DNA of 64,000 nt from an uncultured Pseudobdellovibrionaceae bacterium (GCA_963803705.1 CAWDNU010000005.1:37881-101880); one strand, 5' to 3'; positions 51,909 through 61,046 are shown, counted from the first letter of the stretch. The notes: generated by a model not told the origin, from the sequence alone. Made by a program: numbers and translations.

Positions 51909-52033
51909 GCCCGACTGAACCACCTGAACAGGTAGGGTGCGTAAGCCCGACTGAACCACCTGAACAGGTAGGGTGCGTAAGCCCGACTGAACCACCTGAA
52001 CAGGTAGGGTGCGTAAGCCCGACTGAACCACCT
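51898..52033. repeat. Tandem array of a 36-bp unit, about 3.8 copies, REP-like
   Basis: AGGGTGCGTAAGCCCGACTGAACCACCTGAACAGGT at 51898, 51934, 51970 and 52006. Confidence 0.95.
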
Positions 52034-52183
52034 TATTTAATTGCCTGACTATTAAACAAAATAAGTGTTTAAGCGACTGCCATTTGAAATGAGCCAATTA
52101 TTATGATGAAAAAATTAATATTAAAAAAAAACATTTGTAAAAAATAAATTGAAACTTTTTAATTCATCAGGTGTTATTGGGGT

Positions 52184-52612
52184 ATGAAAAAAATATTCCT
52201 ACTTTATTTAAGCCTTTGTTCGTGCGCATCGTTGTACCACGTCCAAGTTGCGGATATCGAGACCACTGACCGTGGTCGGGTGATCGATGTCAAAGTCAGC
52301 GAAACAGCATTTGATTTTAAGGCTGTTGGACAAACGGGTCTTGCGATTGCTAAAAATAATGCCTACAGAAGGGGCAACACCGGTGCTCAAGACCAAATTG
52401 CTGGTCTTGAACTGATTTTGGCCTTAACAAATTACGGACCGAGAACGGGATTACCAGTCTTTACAGACAGGTATTCGGACTACGTTCTGGATGAGTTAAT
52501 TTCAAAATGTCCAACAGGAAGAATCACTGGCATTACGTCAGTTCGCGAATCAAGAAATTATCCTTATATATCTGGGGAAATTGTAAACATTAGGGGGTAT
52601 TGTGTCGACTAA
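52184..52612 (+). CDS. Small lipoprotein, paralogue A
   Basis: Lipobox LCSC; CPTGRITGITS...GYC. Confidence 0.75.
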   Translation: MKKIFLLYLSLCSCASLYHVQVADIETTDRGRVIDVKVSETAFDFKAVGQTGLAIAKNNAYRRGNTGAQDQIAGLELILALTNYGPRTGLPVFTDRYSDYVLDELISKCPTGRITGITSVRESRNYPYISGEIVNIRGYCVD

Positions 52613-52619
52613 AACTAAC

Positions 52620-52919
52620 TTGATCAAAAAAATGGGTTTGTGCTTATTTATGATTTACTTTTCCGGATGTGCAGTGCTGAATAGTGTCTCTATGACGTCT
52701 TTTCCGAAAGATCGAAGACGTCCTGTCCAGGCTCAAGTCAAAAAATTTGTTTTCCTTGGATTTAACTTCAACAATGATTTTGTTTTAGATCTAACGCCTC
52801 AGTTACAGCAGCAGTGCCCCAACGGGAAAGTGACTGGAATAACTTCCACTTACGAAACGAAATGGTATGTTTTTGCACATCACATGATTGTGAATAGCAA
52901 AGGTTTTTGTACAAAATAA
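52620..52919 (+). CDS. Small lipoprotein, paralogue B
   Basis: Lipobox FSGC; CPNGKVTGITS...GFC; TTG 52620 is the likely start. Confidence 0.75.
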   Translation: MIKKMGLCLFMIYFSGCAVLNSVSMTSFPKDRRRPVQAQVKKFVFLGFNFNNDFVLDLTPQLQQQCPNGKVTGITSTYETKWYVFAHHMIVNSKGFCTK

Positions 52920-52934
52920 ACAAGGACAATAACG

Positions 52935-53249
52935 ATGTTTAAATCTATTTTTACCAAATTTTTGATTGTCCTGTTTCTTGGTGGCTGCACCCATAGCATT
53001 CACTTTAGTCATATGAGCGATGTACTTCCTCGCAAGCAAAAAGGTGCAAGATTTATTGATGTAGAGGCTAAAAGAACAGTGGTCTTAAGCTTCGTTTTTA
53101 ATAACGACTTTGTCGAAGAGGCTCGTCTAAAATTAATGGCAGCTTGCCCCAACGCAGAGATCACTGGTATCAACACCAAATATATAACTAGCCACAATTT
53201 CGCAAGCTACACAGATAAAATTCGAATCAGAGCACTTTGTTTAGATTGA
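52935..53249 (+). CDS. Small lipoprotein, paralogue C
   Basis: Lipobox LGGC; CPNAEITGINT...ALC; AAGGA RBS. Confidence 0.75.
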   Translation: MFKSIFTKFLIVLFLGGCTHSIHFSHMSDVLPRKQKGARFIDVEAKRTVVLSFVFNNDFVEEARLKLMAACPNAEITGINTKYITSHNFASYTDKIRIRALCLD

Positions 53250-53277
53250 TAAAAATGACCAGCCAGTTCGAATTTAC

Positions 53278-53308
53278 AAAAGAGCGCCTGTTATGAGCTG
53301 CTCTTTTT
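53278..53308 (+). terminator. Probable intrinsic terminator
   Basis: AAAAGAGC...GCTCTTTTT imperfect stem with a T tract after the lipoprotein trio. Confidence 0.5.
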
Positions 53309-53786
53309 CCATAGAGAAAATTAGGCACTTTAAAAGCTTAGACATCTCTATCTAAAAGTAGAACTACCGACCTTGATTTAAGCCCTCAAATACAGAGTAA
53401 AGATCAGGTGATAACAAACTTTTACTGCAAATTGTTAACCAATTACATAGAACTATAATTCTCTGTTGCTTCTTACCATTCGAATTACCATGCAATAAAT
53501 TTAATATTTATCGGTACTTGGTTGCGGCTTTAGACCTTCATTAAAATTTAATAGCTGAAAAATAATTTAGGTGTGCGAACTGATTTTTTTAGTTTTACCC
53601 AAACCGCAAATTCAACTAAGCTCTTGAAAAAATCGTAGAAATAATACTTCTCGGTATGAAATTAATTCACCAGGATTTGAATGTGTAGGAAAATCTATAT
53701 CTTTAGACGAATAGGTGAATAATAAAATTACAATTTCGGTTACCAACGTCTATCGATTTAATAAACAATCATCTAAAGGAGATTTG

Positions 53787-55391
53787 ATGAAAACCCCATA
53801 TATGGCGACATTGATCGCGCTAACTTTCTTAATGGTAGGTTGCGGCGATGATAGTAATAATAATACAAAAAACCAAAGCGATAGCCAAAATGGTGAAGCA
53901 AGTGCTTTATCAAAAATAGCACAGGGAAGTGGCAAAAGCTGTCTTGGCTACACTTACACAAAAATGAAATGCGCGGAAACTAAAGACGAGCTTACATCTA
54001 ATGTCGAAGCCAGACTTCGCTCGGCTAAGGCTCCGATTGTTCTTATTAATGACGAGGAACCCGGTCTCCAGTATTACAAAGTTAGTGATAAAGCTTACAA
54101 AGCGATGGACGAAGGTGCTCTGTTGGCTAAAGTGAAAGATAGCAAAACAAAGCCTAAAGATTTTATTTTATATGAATTTGTAACTGAGTCGCCACAATTA
54201 AGTTTTAATTTCATGGAACAAATTTCTGGTGGTAGAATAGACGCTTCTGGATCTGTAAACGAATTCGTTGCAGATCTTGGCGGGCAAGAAGTACCGGTTA
54301 GTTATTCTGTAGATTGCAGTGGTAGCTCAACAACATTCAATTTAGCTATTGGTGACTACGGTATGAAGTTCGAGAACTCAATTTCGGATTCGAATATCTT
54401 TGAATCTAAAAGAACTCTTGTAAAAGAAGATGGACAGACCGTCGATTCACAAACTTCATTTTGTTTGGTCGAACAAGCGCCTAACGAAGGGTCGGTAACT
54501 AATATTATCCCAACAACAATGGTTCCCGAACAAATTGACAGCGTTGAGAGCGATTTTGAAAAAAAAGCGGATGAGAGTAAATCTAATGCAGAAGCTGAGG
54601 CAAATAGTCTTAAAGAATCAGCTGAAACTGCAGTTGATAATCTAGAGCAGTCTGGTGAAGCTGTGCTAAACAATATTGATGAGACATCCCAATCAATTGA
54701 GGACTCGATCAAAAAAGAAATTAGCCAGACTAATGACGACAAAAATAGCGAGAAAGCAGAAGTTGAAGTTGAAATTGCGGCCCAAAAATCAAATGTTGAA
54801 CAGCCTAATTTGAAATCAGAAGATAGCGGCGAACTTTCTAAAGGTGAACTGGTAGTAGATATTGACGGGCAGTCACGATATCCAAAAGTTGACCGTATAG
54901 CCGAAGATTCTGGCGAAGTGGTTGAAGATGCAGTCAGAGCTGTGGGTGAAGCTGGGGTTAAAGTTGCGTTAGAAACTGAAGCTGTAGTTGAGAAAACCGG
55001 TGAATCAATCGAGCAAGGACTTGAAAGCGCTGCTAACAAAATAGAGAGAACTGCTGAGAAAGCCGAAGTGGTGGTTGAGAGTGGCCTTGAAAAAACTGAA
55101 AGGGTCATAGAAAAGGTGATCGATAAAGCCGTTGAAGTCAAAGATGATGTTGCTCGGGCGGCAGAACAAGTCGTTGAAGTAACAGTGGATACAGTTAAAG
55201 GTGCTTCAGAGGCAGTCGCTGAAGGTGCCAAAGTCGCAGTTGAAAACACCGGGGAATTTATCGAAGAGGTTGGTGACAGCATTCAAGCCTCTGTAGAGAC
55301 GAAAGAAGAAAAGAGAAATGACACTCAGGAGGAGTCCAGATCTTTAATACAAAGGCTTAATGATTGGGTAAACAGTTATAAAGGTATTTGA
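53787..55391 (+). CDS. Acidic lipoprotein with an LEA/apolipoprotein-like repetitive C-terminus
   Basis: ATG 53787 after AAGGAG; lipobox MVGC; E/V/A-rich helical repeats. Confidence 0.7.
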   Translation: MKTPYMATLIALTFLMVGCGDDSNNNTKNQSDSQNGEASALSKIAQGSGKSCLGYTYTKMKCAETKDELTSNVEARLRSAKAPIVLINDEEPGLQYYKVSDKAYKAMDEGALLAKVKDSKTKPKDFILYEFVTESPQLSFNFMEQISGGRIDASGSVNEFVADLGGQEVPVSYSVDCSGSSTTFNLAIGDYGMKFENSISDSNIFESKRTLVKEDGQTVDSQTSFCLVEQAPNEGSVTNIIPTTMVPEQIDSVESDFEKKADESKSNAEAEANSLKESAETAVDNLEQSGEAVLNNIDETSQSIEDSIKKEISQTNDDKNSEKAEVEVEIAAQKSNVEQPNLKSEDSGELSKGELVVDIDGQSRYPKVDRIAEDSGEVVEDAVRAVGEAGVKVALETEAVVEKTGESIEQGLESAANKIERTAEKAEVVVESGLEKTERVIEKVIDKAVEVKDDVARAAEQVVEVTVDTVKGASEAVAEGAKVAVENTGEFIEEVGDSIQASVETKEEKRNDTQEESRSLIQRLNDWVNSYKGI

Positions 55392-55428
55392 TTTATAATC
55401 CATAAAGCATTTATAATTTAAATTCTTC

Positions 55429-55466
55429 TAGCCAAATCTATAACTTAGATTTGGCTATTTTTTTTT
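55429..55466 (+). terminator. Rho-independent terminator
   Basis: TAGCCAAATCTA-taact-TAGATTTGGCTA followed by T9. Confidence 0.85.
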
Positions 55467-55618
55467 GCGGCTGTCCTAACGCTTAAGTTTTAGCTGTTGA
55501 AAGGCTAGTCACCTATAAATACTTTTCAACGCATGTCCTACTTTGAAACTTTATAGGGGCCTTACTGTTTCTTATTATGTAATGTGTTTTCAAACGCTTA
55601 AAACTAAAAGAGGAATTA

Positions 55619-56182
55619 ATGAAACATAATATATTTAAGTCTATTGTTTTTGGTGCTATATTTTTAGGGACGATTGCTGCTCATGCGCAATTAGAAGCTA
55701 ATCAAGTATATTTAGTCACTTGTCAGACAGCCGAGGATCCTTACCAACAGATCGCGTTTAAAGGCGCTAATGTGTTAAGGGCAGACGGTAGCGACTACGA
55801 GTACATTGTAATGGATGTCGAAACGGGTAATCAAACCTTTGATGGTTTTGGCGATGCAGATGGCGAGGGATTGTATCCCAAGTATACACAATCTTTATTT
55901 AACTCAAGCTCGGCAGACTACGAATTGTTCACTCAAAACAGTAGTACAAACTATTCGTTAGTGATCGAATATAACGGCACAGAAACCTCTTCTGATATAC
56001 GAGTTGATTTCGATCTAGATCGCAGAACTGGTTTATTCACATTAGACTTAAATGGGGCAGGCCCCATGTATGATATGTTAATGGTTGAATTCACTGACGT
56101 GATGTCTAATTCCGACTTCTACGGTCGGTTTGATATGCCAACTTGTACCTCACACCCCGATTTAAGAAACTTTTTGGATTAA
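55619..56182 (+). CDS. Hypothetical secreted protein
   Basis: Signal peptide ending AHA; GAGGA RBS. Confidence 0.75.
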   Translation: MKHNIFKSIVFGAIFLGTIAAHAQLEANQVYLVTCQTAEDPYQQIAFKGANVLRADGSDYEYIVMDVETGNQTFDGFGDADGEGLYPKYTQSLFNSSSADYELFTQNSSTNYSLVIEYNGTETSSDIRVDFDLDRRTGLFTLDLNGAGPMYDMLMVEFTDVMSNSDFYGRFDMPTCTSHPDLRNFLD

Positions 56183-56245
56183 GGATTGTTACATTGATAT
56201 ACACCATCGTAGGTGTTGTAGTTTAACTAAACTAAGGATGTAAGC

Positions 56246-57181
56246 ATGAAGAATCTAGTCCAACGTAGTAGCTTTAGAATAAGCTTTATAAGCCTGCTTT
56301 TAGTATTTAGTTCAGCATGTGTAATGACTCCAGACGGAATAATGCCTCCGGTAGGAGTTGACGTAATTCCACCAAGTATAGCAGTTGGGAATGACTCTTT
56401 TGTATCAGTAAGAGTCGGTCCAGGCTTTTATGCCTCTGATGCCTATCTATTAGCTTACGACCACTGTTTGAACAGAGGCCTCTACGCGTACGAAGTTTCG
56501 CCTTGGGCTGCTTCAGCTGGGGTTGTACGAACACTGGGCTACGACTGCAGACCTAATTTTATCGCACCGCCATTTGTCCGCCGCGTCCACAGACGTAACA
56601 GGTGGAGATATGACTATTTCCAGGACTATTACCGAACTCATACACCCGGAAGGCACTATAGAACTTCTGGTGGTGGCTGGTGGGGCGGCAGAAACAACAG
56701 GAACAGTAACAATTATCGACCCCCCAATCGCCCCGACTACAGTACACCTAGGCGTAGCCGTGATGGTCGTGCGTTAACCCCGAATTCTCCTTGGACTAAC
56801 AATCCCAACAAAAACCGTTACCAACCTAGAAATCGAGGCGGCAATAGAAACAATGCCCCTGCAAGATCTAGATGGTGGGGTGGACGTAACAACAGAAACG
56901 GCAGTGATCGTCCATCAACGGTCGCGCCTGCTCCAAGAACATCTTCAACACCAAAATCCAGAGGTGGTTTCTGGGGTAATAAAAATGAGAGTAAAAATAA
57001 GAGTAAAAACAAGTACAAAAAAAACAATGATTCAAAATATAGCTCTGAGGACAAGAAAACTTTTAATAGGGATTACTCGTCACGCACTGAAAGAAAGGGT
57101 AGGTTTTCGCCGAGCACTAGACGAGATTCTAGCTCGGCTACCAAAGGTAGTGCTAAGAAATCAGGTTGGTTTGGTAGGTAG
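56246..57181 (+). CDS. Lipoprotein with a disordered R/N/S/G-rich tail
   Basis: Lipobox SSAC; WWGGRNNRN repeats. Confidence 0.7.
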   Translation: MKNLVQRSSFRISFISLLLVFSSACVMTPDGIMPPVGVDVIPPSIAVGNDSFVSVRVGPGFYASDAYLLAYDHCLNRGLYAYEVSPWAASAGVVRTLGYDCRPNFIAPPFVRRVHRRNRWRYDYFQDYYRTHTPGRHYRTSGGGWWGGRNNRNSNNYRPPNRPDYSTPRRSRDGRALTPNSPWTNNPNKNRYQPRNRGGNRNNAPARSRWWGGRNNRNGSDRPSTVAPAPRTSSTPKSRGGFWGNKNESKNKSKNKYKKNNDSKYSSEDKKTFNRDYSSRTERKGRFSPSTRRDSSSATKGSAKKSGWFGR

Positions 57182-57187
57182 ATAAGA

Positions 57188-57724
57188 ATGTATAAGTCGC
57201 CAAGGTTTATTGTACTAGCAGACAAGGTTGATAGCGGTATCAATCATTGTCTAAACGGCCAGACGCCGGACCCAAAAATGACTTCTGGTGAACTCAAAAA
57301 TACTCTTGTTTTGACAGACTTTGAAGTTAGTAGCTACGCACTAATTGACCAGAATTTAGATTTAGAAAATCAAAAATTTGTAAAAAAAATCTTCGAATCG
57401 ATTCTACGGACTGATGTAAAAATACTTAGCCCAAATTCTGAAAGCACAGATTTTTTGGATAAGATATCATTTAATTTCAGAAGACTTCAAACGCTTACAT
57501 TGAACGATTACATAGTTGAAATTTTAGATTTAGGCTTACTATCTAAGGCTATCGTTTTTATATGTTTTCATGCCCAGTCTAACATTACATCGGCAAAAAT
57601 TTATCAATTAGATGAATCTGAAAGAAAAATCATTTATATTTCAACATACAGTCTTTCTGAGATTTCTTCCAACCCAGTAAAAAAAGCAGATTTTTGGAGT
57701 TTTTTAAAAGAGCTTAAGGCCTAA
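57188..57724 (+). CDS. Hypothetical protein
   Basis: ORF 6 nt after the previous stop; C-terminus TYSLSEISSNPVKKADFW. Confidence 0.6.
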   Translation: MYKSPRFIVLADKVDSGINHCLNGQTPDPKMTSGELKNTLVLTDFEVSSYALIDQNLDLENQKFVKKIFESILRTDVKILSPNSESTDFLDKISFNFRRLQTLTLNDYIVEILDLGLLSKAIVFICFHAQSNITSAKIYQLDESERKIIYISTYSLSEISSNPVKKADFWSFLKELKA

Positions 57725-57768
57725 TTCTTTTGCTGTTCACCCATTAAAAAAAACTGATCTTTTCAAAA

Positions 57769-59229
57769 CTAATTTATTTCGCAATCGTAAATACAGCTTT
57801 GACCTGTTAATTTGATCTCTGAATTCATCATGCACTCAGCTGATTTTTTATGTCTTACGATAGACATTTTGGTCGAAGTCTGTTTACTGGCTTGATTAGA
57901 GAACTTTGATCTACAAATATTTGTAGCGAAATCAGTCATACCGATCTTCATCTTTTCGCTATCCATTAAATATTCGGAAGCTTTCATTTTGTTAATCCCT
58001 ATTGCACCTAGCGAAGGACTGCTTTGCATAAGTTCAAAGTCAAAGTCCTCTACATCAATGTTATCACAATCATCCATAGTAGTTTTAAGCTTCGTACCTA
58101 AGGGATCCAAAGATGTTTTTGTGATCATAAAAATGTGTCCAGATGAAGCCACGATATCGCCGGGTTGGATAGTCACACTAGGATTGATCGGTAACTTTTC
58201 AAAGCAGGTGACCTTGCCTTTAACAGGGTCAACGAACCTTGCAGCGTTATAGCTTAGTACATGTCTGGCCTTGGGCATCACTGAAGAATTAAGTTTAAGA
58301 CCTGCACTGACTAGTGCAGAGAAAATAAATCCAGAGCAATCTGTGCCTAAATCTTTGGAACCAGTTCCGTCATTTACAAAAAAGTTTAGTTCTGAGCTTT
58401 GAGTGTTAATCGTTTTAGGTTTACCCCCGAAATCGTAGATCAAAGGCTTTTGAAAAGTGTTAAAACAAGTGTCAGGCGGTGGCCTTTCGTTCAAATAGGG
58501 ATGTGTCTTTTGCACGTCACGAAGAGAGCTTATTTCTCTGATGTTTCCAACACCCGATGAGTGTTTCCCCACAACCTTCACACCCTTAAGTTCAGCAGTT
58601 TTCAAATCCAGAGCTTTTAGGTTAGCAGCCTCGCAGTTTTGGTATGCTGTAGCAAAGGTCTTATAAGCGCCGTAAACCTCTTTGGGATGCTTTGATTTAA
58701 TGAAATCAAGTAGTGTATCAGCTTTTGTGGGCTGAAATACTGTCTTTAGTTCGTCGGAACAGTCTTGCTTTAATGTTTGTGCCAAGTTTTGTAAGGTGGT
58801 CAATTGGTCGTTATACTTGTCTATAAAATCAATTTCACTTAAGCTCATCTGATCCCTGGTTTCGATAGCCATTAAATAAAGTTTGATTTTATTGATAGCA
58901 TTTGAATCAAAAGTTACCGGGTGATTTTCGTAAATGTCAGAATACATTTTAACAAATTTTAGAATAATTTGGCTAATCATTAGGCTATGTTTTTCGTAAT
59001 TCTCTATACTCTTAAAATCTTCGTTAAGCTCTGCCTCTAAGTCTACAGGGGTTGGGAGTGCTTGATCGTTATCAACAGCCATCAGCAAACTATCAAACAT
59101 CTTGCCTTCGAAATTTTCACAACTTAAAGAATCTACTACTAACTGGCTAAAATCTTGGACGCTAAGTTTAGATTCGCACCCTATAAAAAAGATCAAACTG
59201 GACATAAAAAAAACATGTTTCAAAGTCAT
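57769..59229 (-). CDS. Cys-rich lipoprotein with a C-terminal NlpC/P60-like cysteine peptidase domain
   Basis: Lipobox FIGC; YDFGGK...GTDCSGF...PGDIVASSGHIFM. Confidence 0.7.
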   Translation of the reverse strand: MTLKHVFFMSSLIFFIGCESKLSVQDFSQLVVDSLSCENFEGKMFDSLLMAVDNDQALPTPVDLEAELNEDFKSIENYEKHSLMISQIILKFVKMYSDIYENHPVTFDSNAINKIKLYLMAIETRDQMSLSEIDFIDKYNDQLTTLQNLAQTLKQDCSDELKTVFQPTKADTLLDFIKSKHPKEVYGAYKTFATAYQNCEAANLKALDLKTAELKGVKVVGKHSSGVGNIREISSLRDVQKTHPYLNERPPPDTCFNTFQKPLIYDFGGKPKTINTQSSELNFFVNDGTGSKDLGTDCSGFIFSALVSAGLKLNSSVMPKARHVLSYNAARFVDPVKGKVTCFEKLPINPSVTIQPGDIVASSGHIFMITKTSLDPLGTKLKTTMDDCDNIDVEDFDFELMQSSPSLGAIGINKMKASEYLMDSEKMKIGMTDFATNICRSKFSNQASKQTSTKMSIVRHKKSAECMMNSEIKLTGQSCIYDCEIN

Positions 59230-59380
59230 GATGTTTACATCGGTGACTTTGAAACATGTCTCTAGGCTGGTTTTCAGGTACTTATCAAAATCTAAGGACC
59301 TGTAAATTTTTTCTACACTTTAAGCAAAATTGAACTTAAGTAGAATTTAAATTGAATTTAAAGTGTTCTAAATCTTGCGA

Positions 59381-59986
59381 TTAATGCTCAACTTTTTCAA
59401 TAACTCCGCAAGCAATTCTATCGCCAGCGTTTCCAGATGGCTGTGATGTAAAGTCGTCTGCTTTTGAATGTACAATAACTGCACGTCCTATTGCAGAGTA
59501 AGTGTCGCCTGGAATTAAGTTTAATCCTGGAAGAGTTAATTCTACTTGGGCACTACCATCCTTATCACTCTTTAGATTCCCCAGGTCGCCGGCGTGTCGA
59601 TTTTGATCTGTATAAGCGCCATGCTTGTTTTTTGGGTTAGGGGAAAAGTGGCCGCCTGCGCTTTTCGCGTCCTTTGCAGAGCAGTCGCCTATTTCATGAA
59701 TATGAAATCCATGACTAGTGTTTGGCTTTAGGCCAGATACAACGCCAGTCACCATCAAAGATCCATCTTCATTTTTAAAATGAAGATCGCCAGCGACTTT
59801 TTTGTTCCCACTTTTAGGAGAAAGATTAGCATCAGCGTGCAAAGCGCTTTCAGCCTCAGCATGTTCATGATCGTGATGATGATCGTGACTTTGGCCCCTG
59901 TGGGCACAGTTTGCAAGCATAGCCAACGCCCCTATAAAGATCGATAAATTAAAAAATAAAGATTTTTTTGTACTGAAATAAGACAT
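59381..59986 (-). CDS. sodC: Cu/Zn superoxide dismutase (lipoprotein, His-rich N-terminus)
   Basis: HGFHIHE, AGGHF, HAGDLGN and GNAGDRIACG; ATG 59986 after AAGGAG; lipobox LANC. Confidence 0.95.
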   Translation of the reverse strand: MSYFSTKKSLFFNLSIFIGALAMLANCAHRGQSHDHHHDHEHAEAESALHADANLSPKSGNKKVAGDLHFKNEDGSLMVTGVVSGLKPNTSHGFHIHEIGDCSAKDAKSAGGHFSPNPKNKHGAYTDQNRHAGDLGNLKSDKDGSAQVELTLPGLNLIPGDTYSAIGRAVIVHSKADDFTSQPSGNAGDRIACGVIEKVEH

Positions 59987-60177
59987 TGTTGCTCCTTGAT
60001 GAATTAGTTTTTTTTGCTTTAACAAGAATAGTATTTAGTAGGTCGTGTCCTTTATCAACCGCAGTTAAGTGTTTATCTCTTGAATTAGTGTTAACTTTTT
60101 TTACACTTTTCAGAATCTGGAAACCCTCTTAATTTTAAATTATCCATAGATTACAGTTATTTACGATATTGTTTGCT

Positions 60178-60193
60178 TGGCCTGGATTTCGCA
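60178..60193 (+). promoter_or_regulatory. Sigma54 -24/-12 promoter
   Basis: TGGCCTGGATTTCGCA (GG-N10-GC), 37 nt upstream of ATG 60231. Confidence 0.55.
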
Positions 60194-60230
60194 AAAGTAA
60201 GTGTAAATAAATTGTGGTCTAGGGGGACAT

Positions 60231-61046
60231 ATGACCAAGGTATTAATCACTCATTTAAATAGAATTATAATTACCGGCATATCATTTACCTTAATCGCTT
60301 GCGGGGGATTTTCATCTGATAATGGTAGTGGTGGTGGCAGCACTGGTGGTGGGTTCACAGATCCGACAACACCCATTACACCAATAGACAAGGGGCCAAT
60401 ATCTTATGAAGGTGGTGCAGGTGTTTTTTTAAAAAATATGCACGCTGACATTAGTTCTAAATATGAAAGAGTATATTTTTACGCTGACCTCGGTGATGTT
60501 AGCGGAACGGCAGGCACTGCAAGTATGCGTCAAGGTGGGAGTCTTTCACTAACGTTTGAAGATTCCAGAGGTCAAAAAATTAATCGTTATTTTTCGACTG
60601 GTGGTAGCACTTACAGCGCACTAGAAAAAAACTTTTGGACCACTAAGTCTTCTGGTGAACCTATGTGGAGAGGGATTTTTCAAGGCGAATACGGAGCTAT
60701 AATTATGGTGGTGGACGGTGTGTTTACTTACGGAGACGGCTTAGGTCCTGATGATACGATGGCTGGCTCAATTTGGTTTCGAAAGTGGCAAGTTATAACT
60801 GAAGCCGTCCTTCCTACCCACAACTGTGTTTTAAATTCGCAAGGTCAATGGGATTGTAAAAATCAGTCAGCTCCGATGAGACAGTGTTGGTATGTATCTA
60901 GAGGACCTTATGACTGTAGGTTTAAGGTTTCACTAGATGGCAAATTGATAACTCGCTTGTCTAATTACTCTAATGATACCGAGTGGATCAAACTTGGTGA
61001 GTTTACTGACTTAAACAAAGCCAAAACCTTTTACGAAACATATTAA
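60231..61046 (+). CDS. Hypothetical lipoprotein
   Basis: Lipobox LIAC, Gly-rich linker and four C-terminal Cys; GGGGG RBS. Confidence 0.75.
   Translation: MTKVLITHLNRIIITGISFTLIACGGFSSDNGSGGGSTGGGFTDPTTPITPIDKGPISYEGGAGVFLKNMHADISSKYERVYFYADLGDVSGTAGTASMRQGGSLSLTFEDSRGQKINRYFSTGGSTYSALEKNFWTTKSSGEPMWRGIFQGEYGAIIMVVDGVFTYGDGLGPDDTMAGSIWFRKWQVITEAVLPTHNCVLNSQGQWDCKNQSAPMRQCWYVSRGPYDCRFKVSLDGKLITRLSNYSNDTEWIKLGEFTDLNKAKTFYETY

Noticed and set aside
54356..55282. 308-aa antisense ORF, and other antisense or nested ORFs in the track
   Set aside because: Shadows of the codon bias of real genes on the opposite strand or in another frame.
59330..59362. 11-bp AT-rich quasi-repeat (TTGAACTTAAG, TAGAATTTAAA, TTGAATTTAAA) after sodC
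   Set aside because: Low complexity in an AT-rich intergenic region; could arise by chance.
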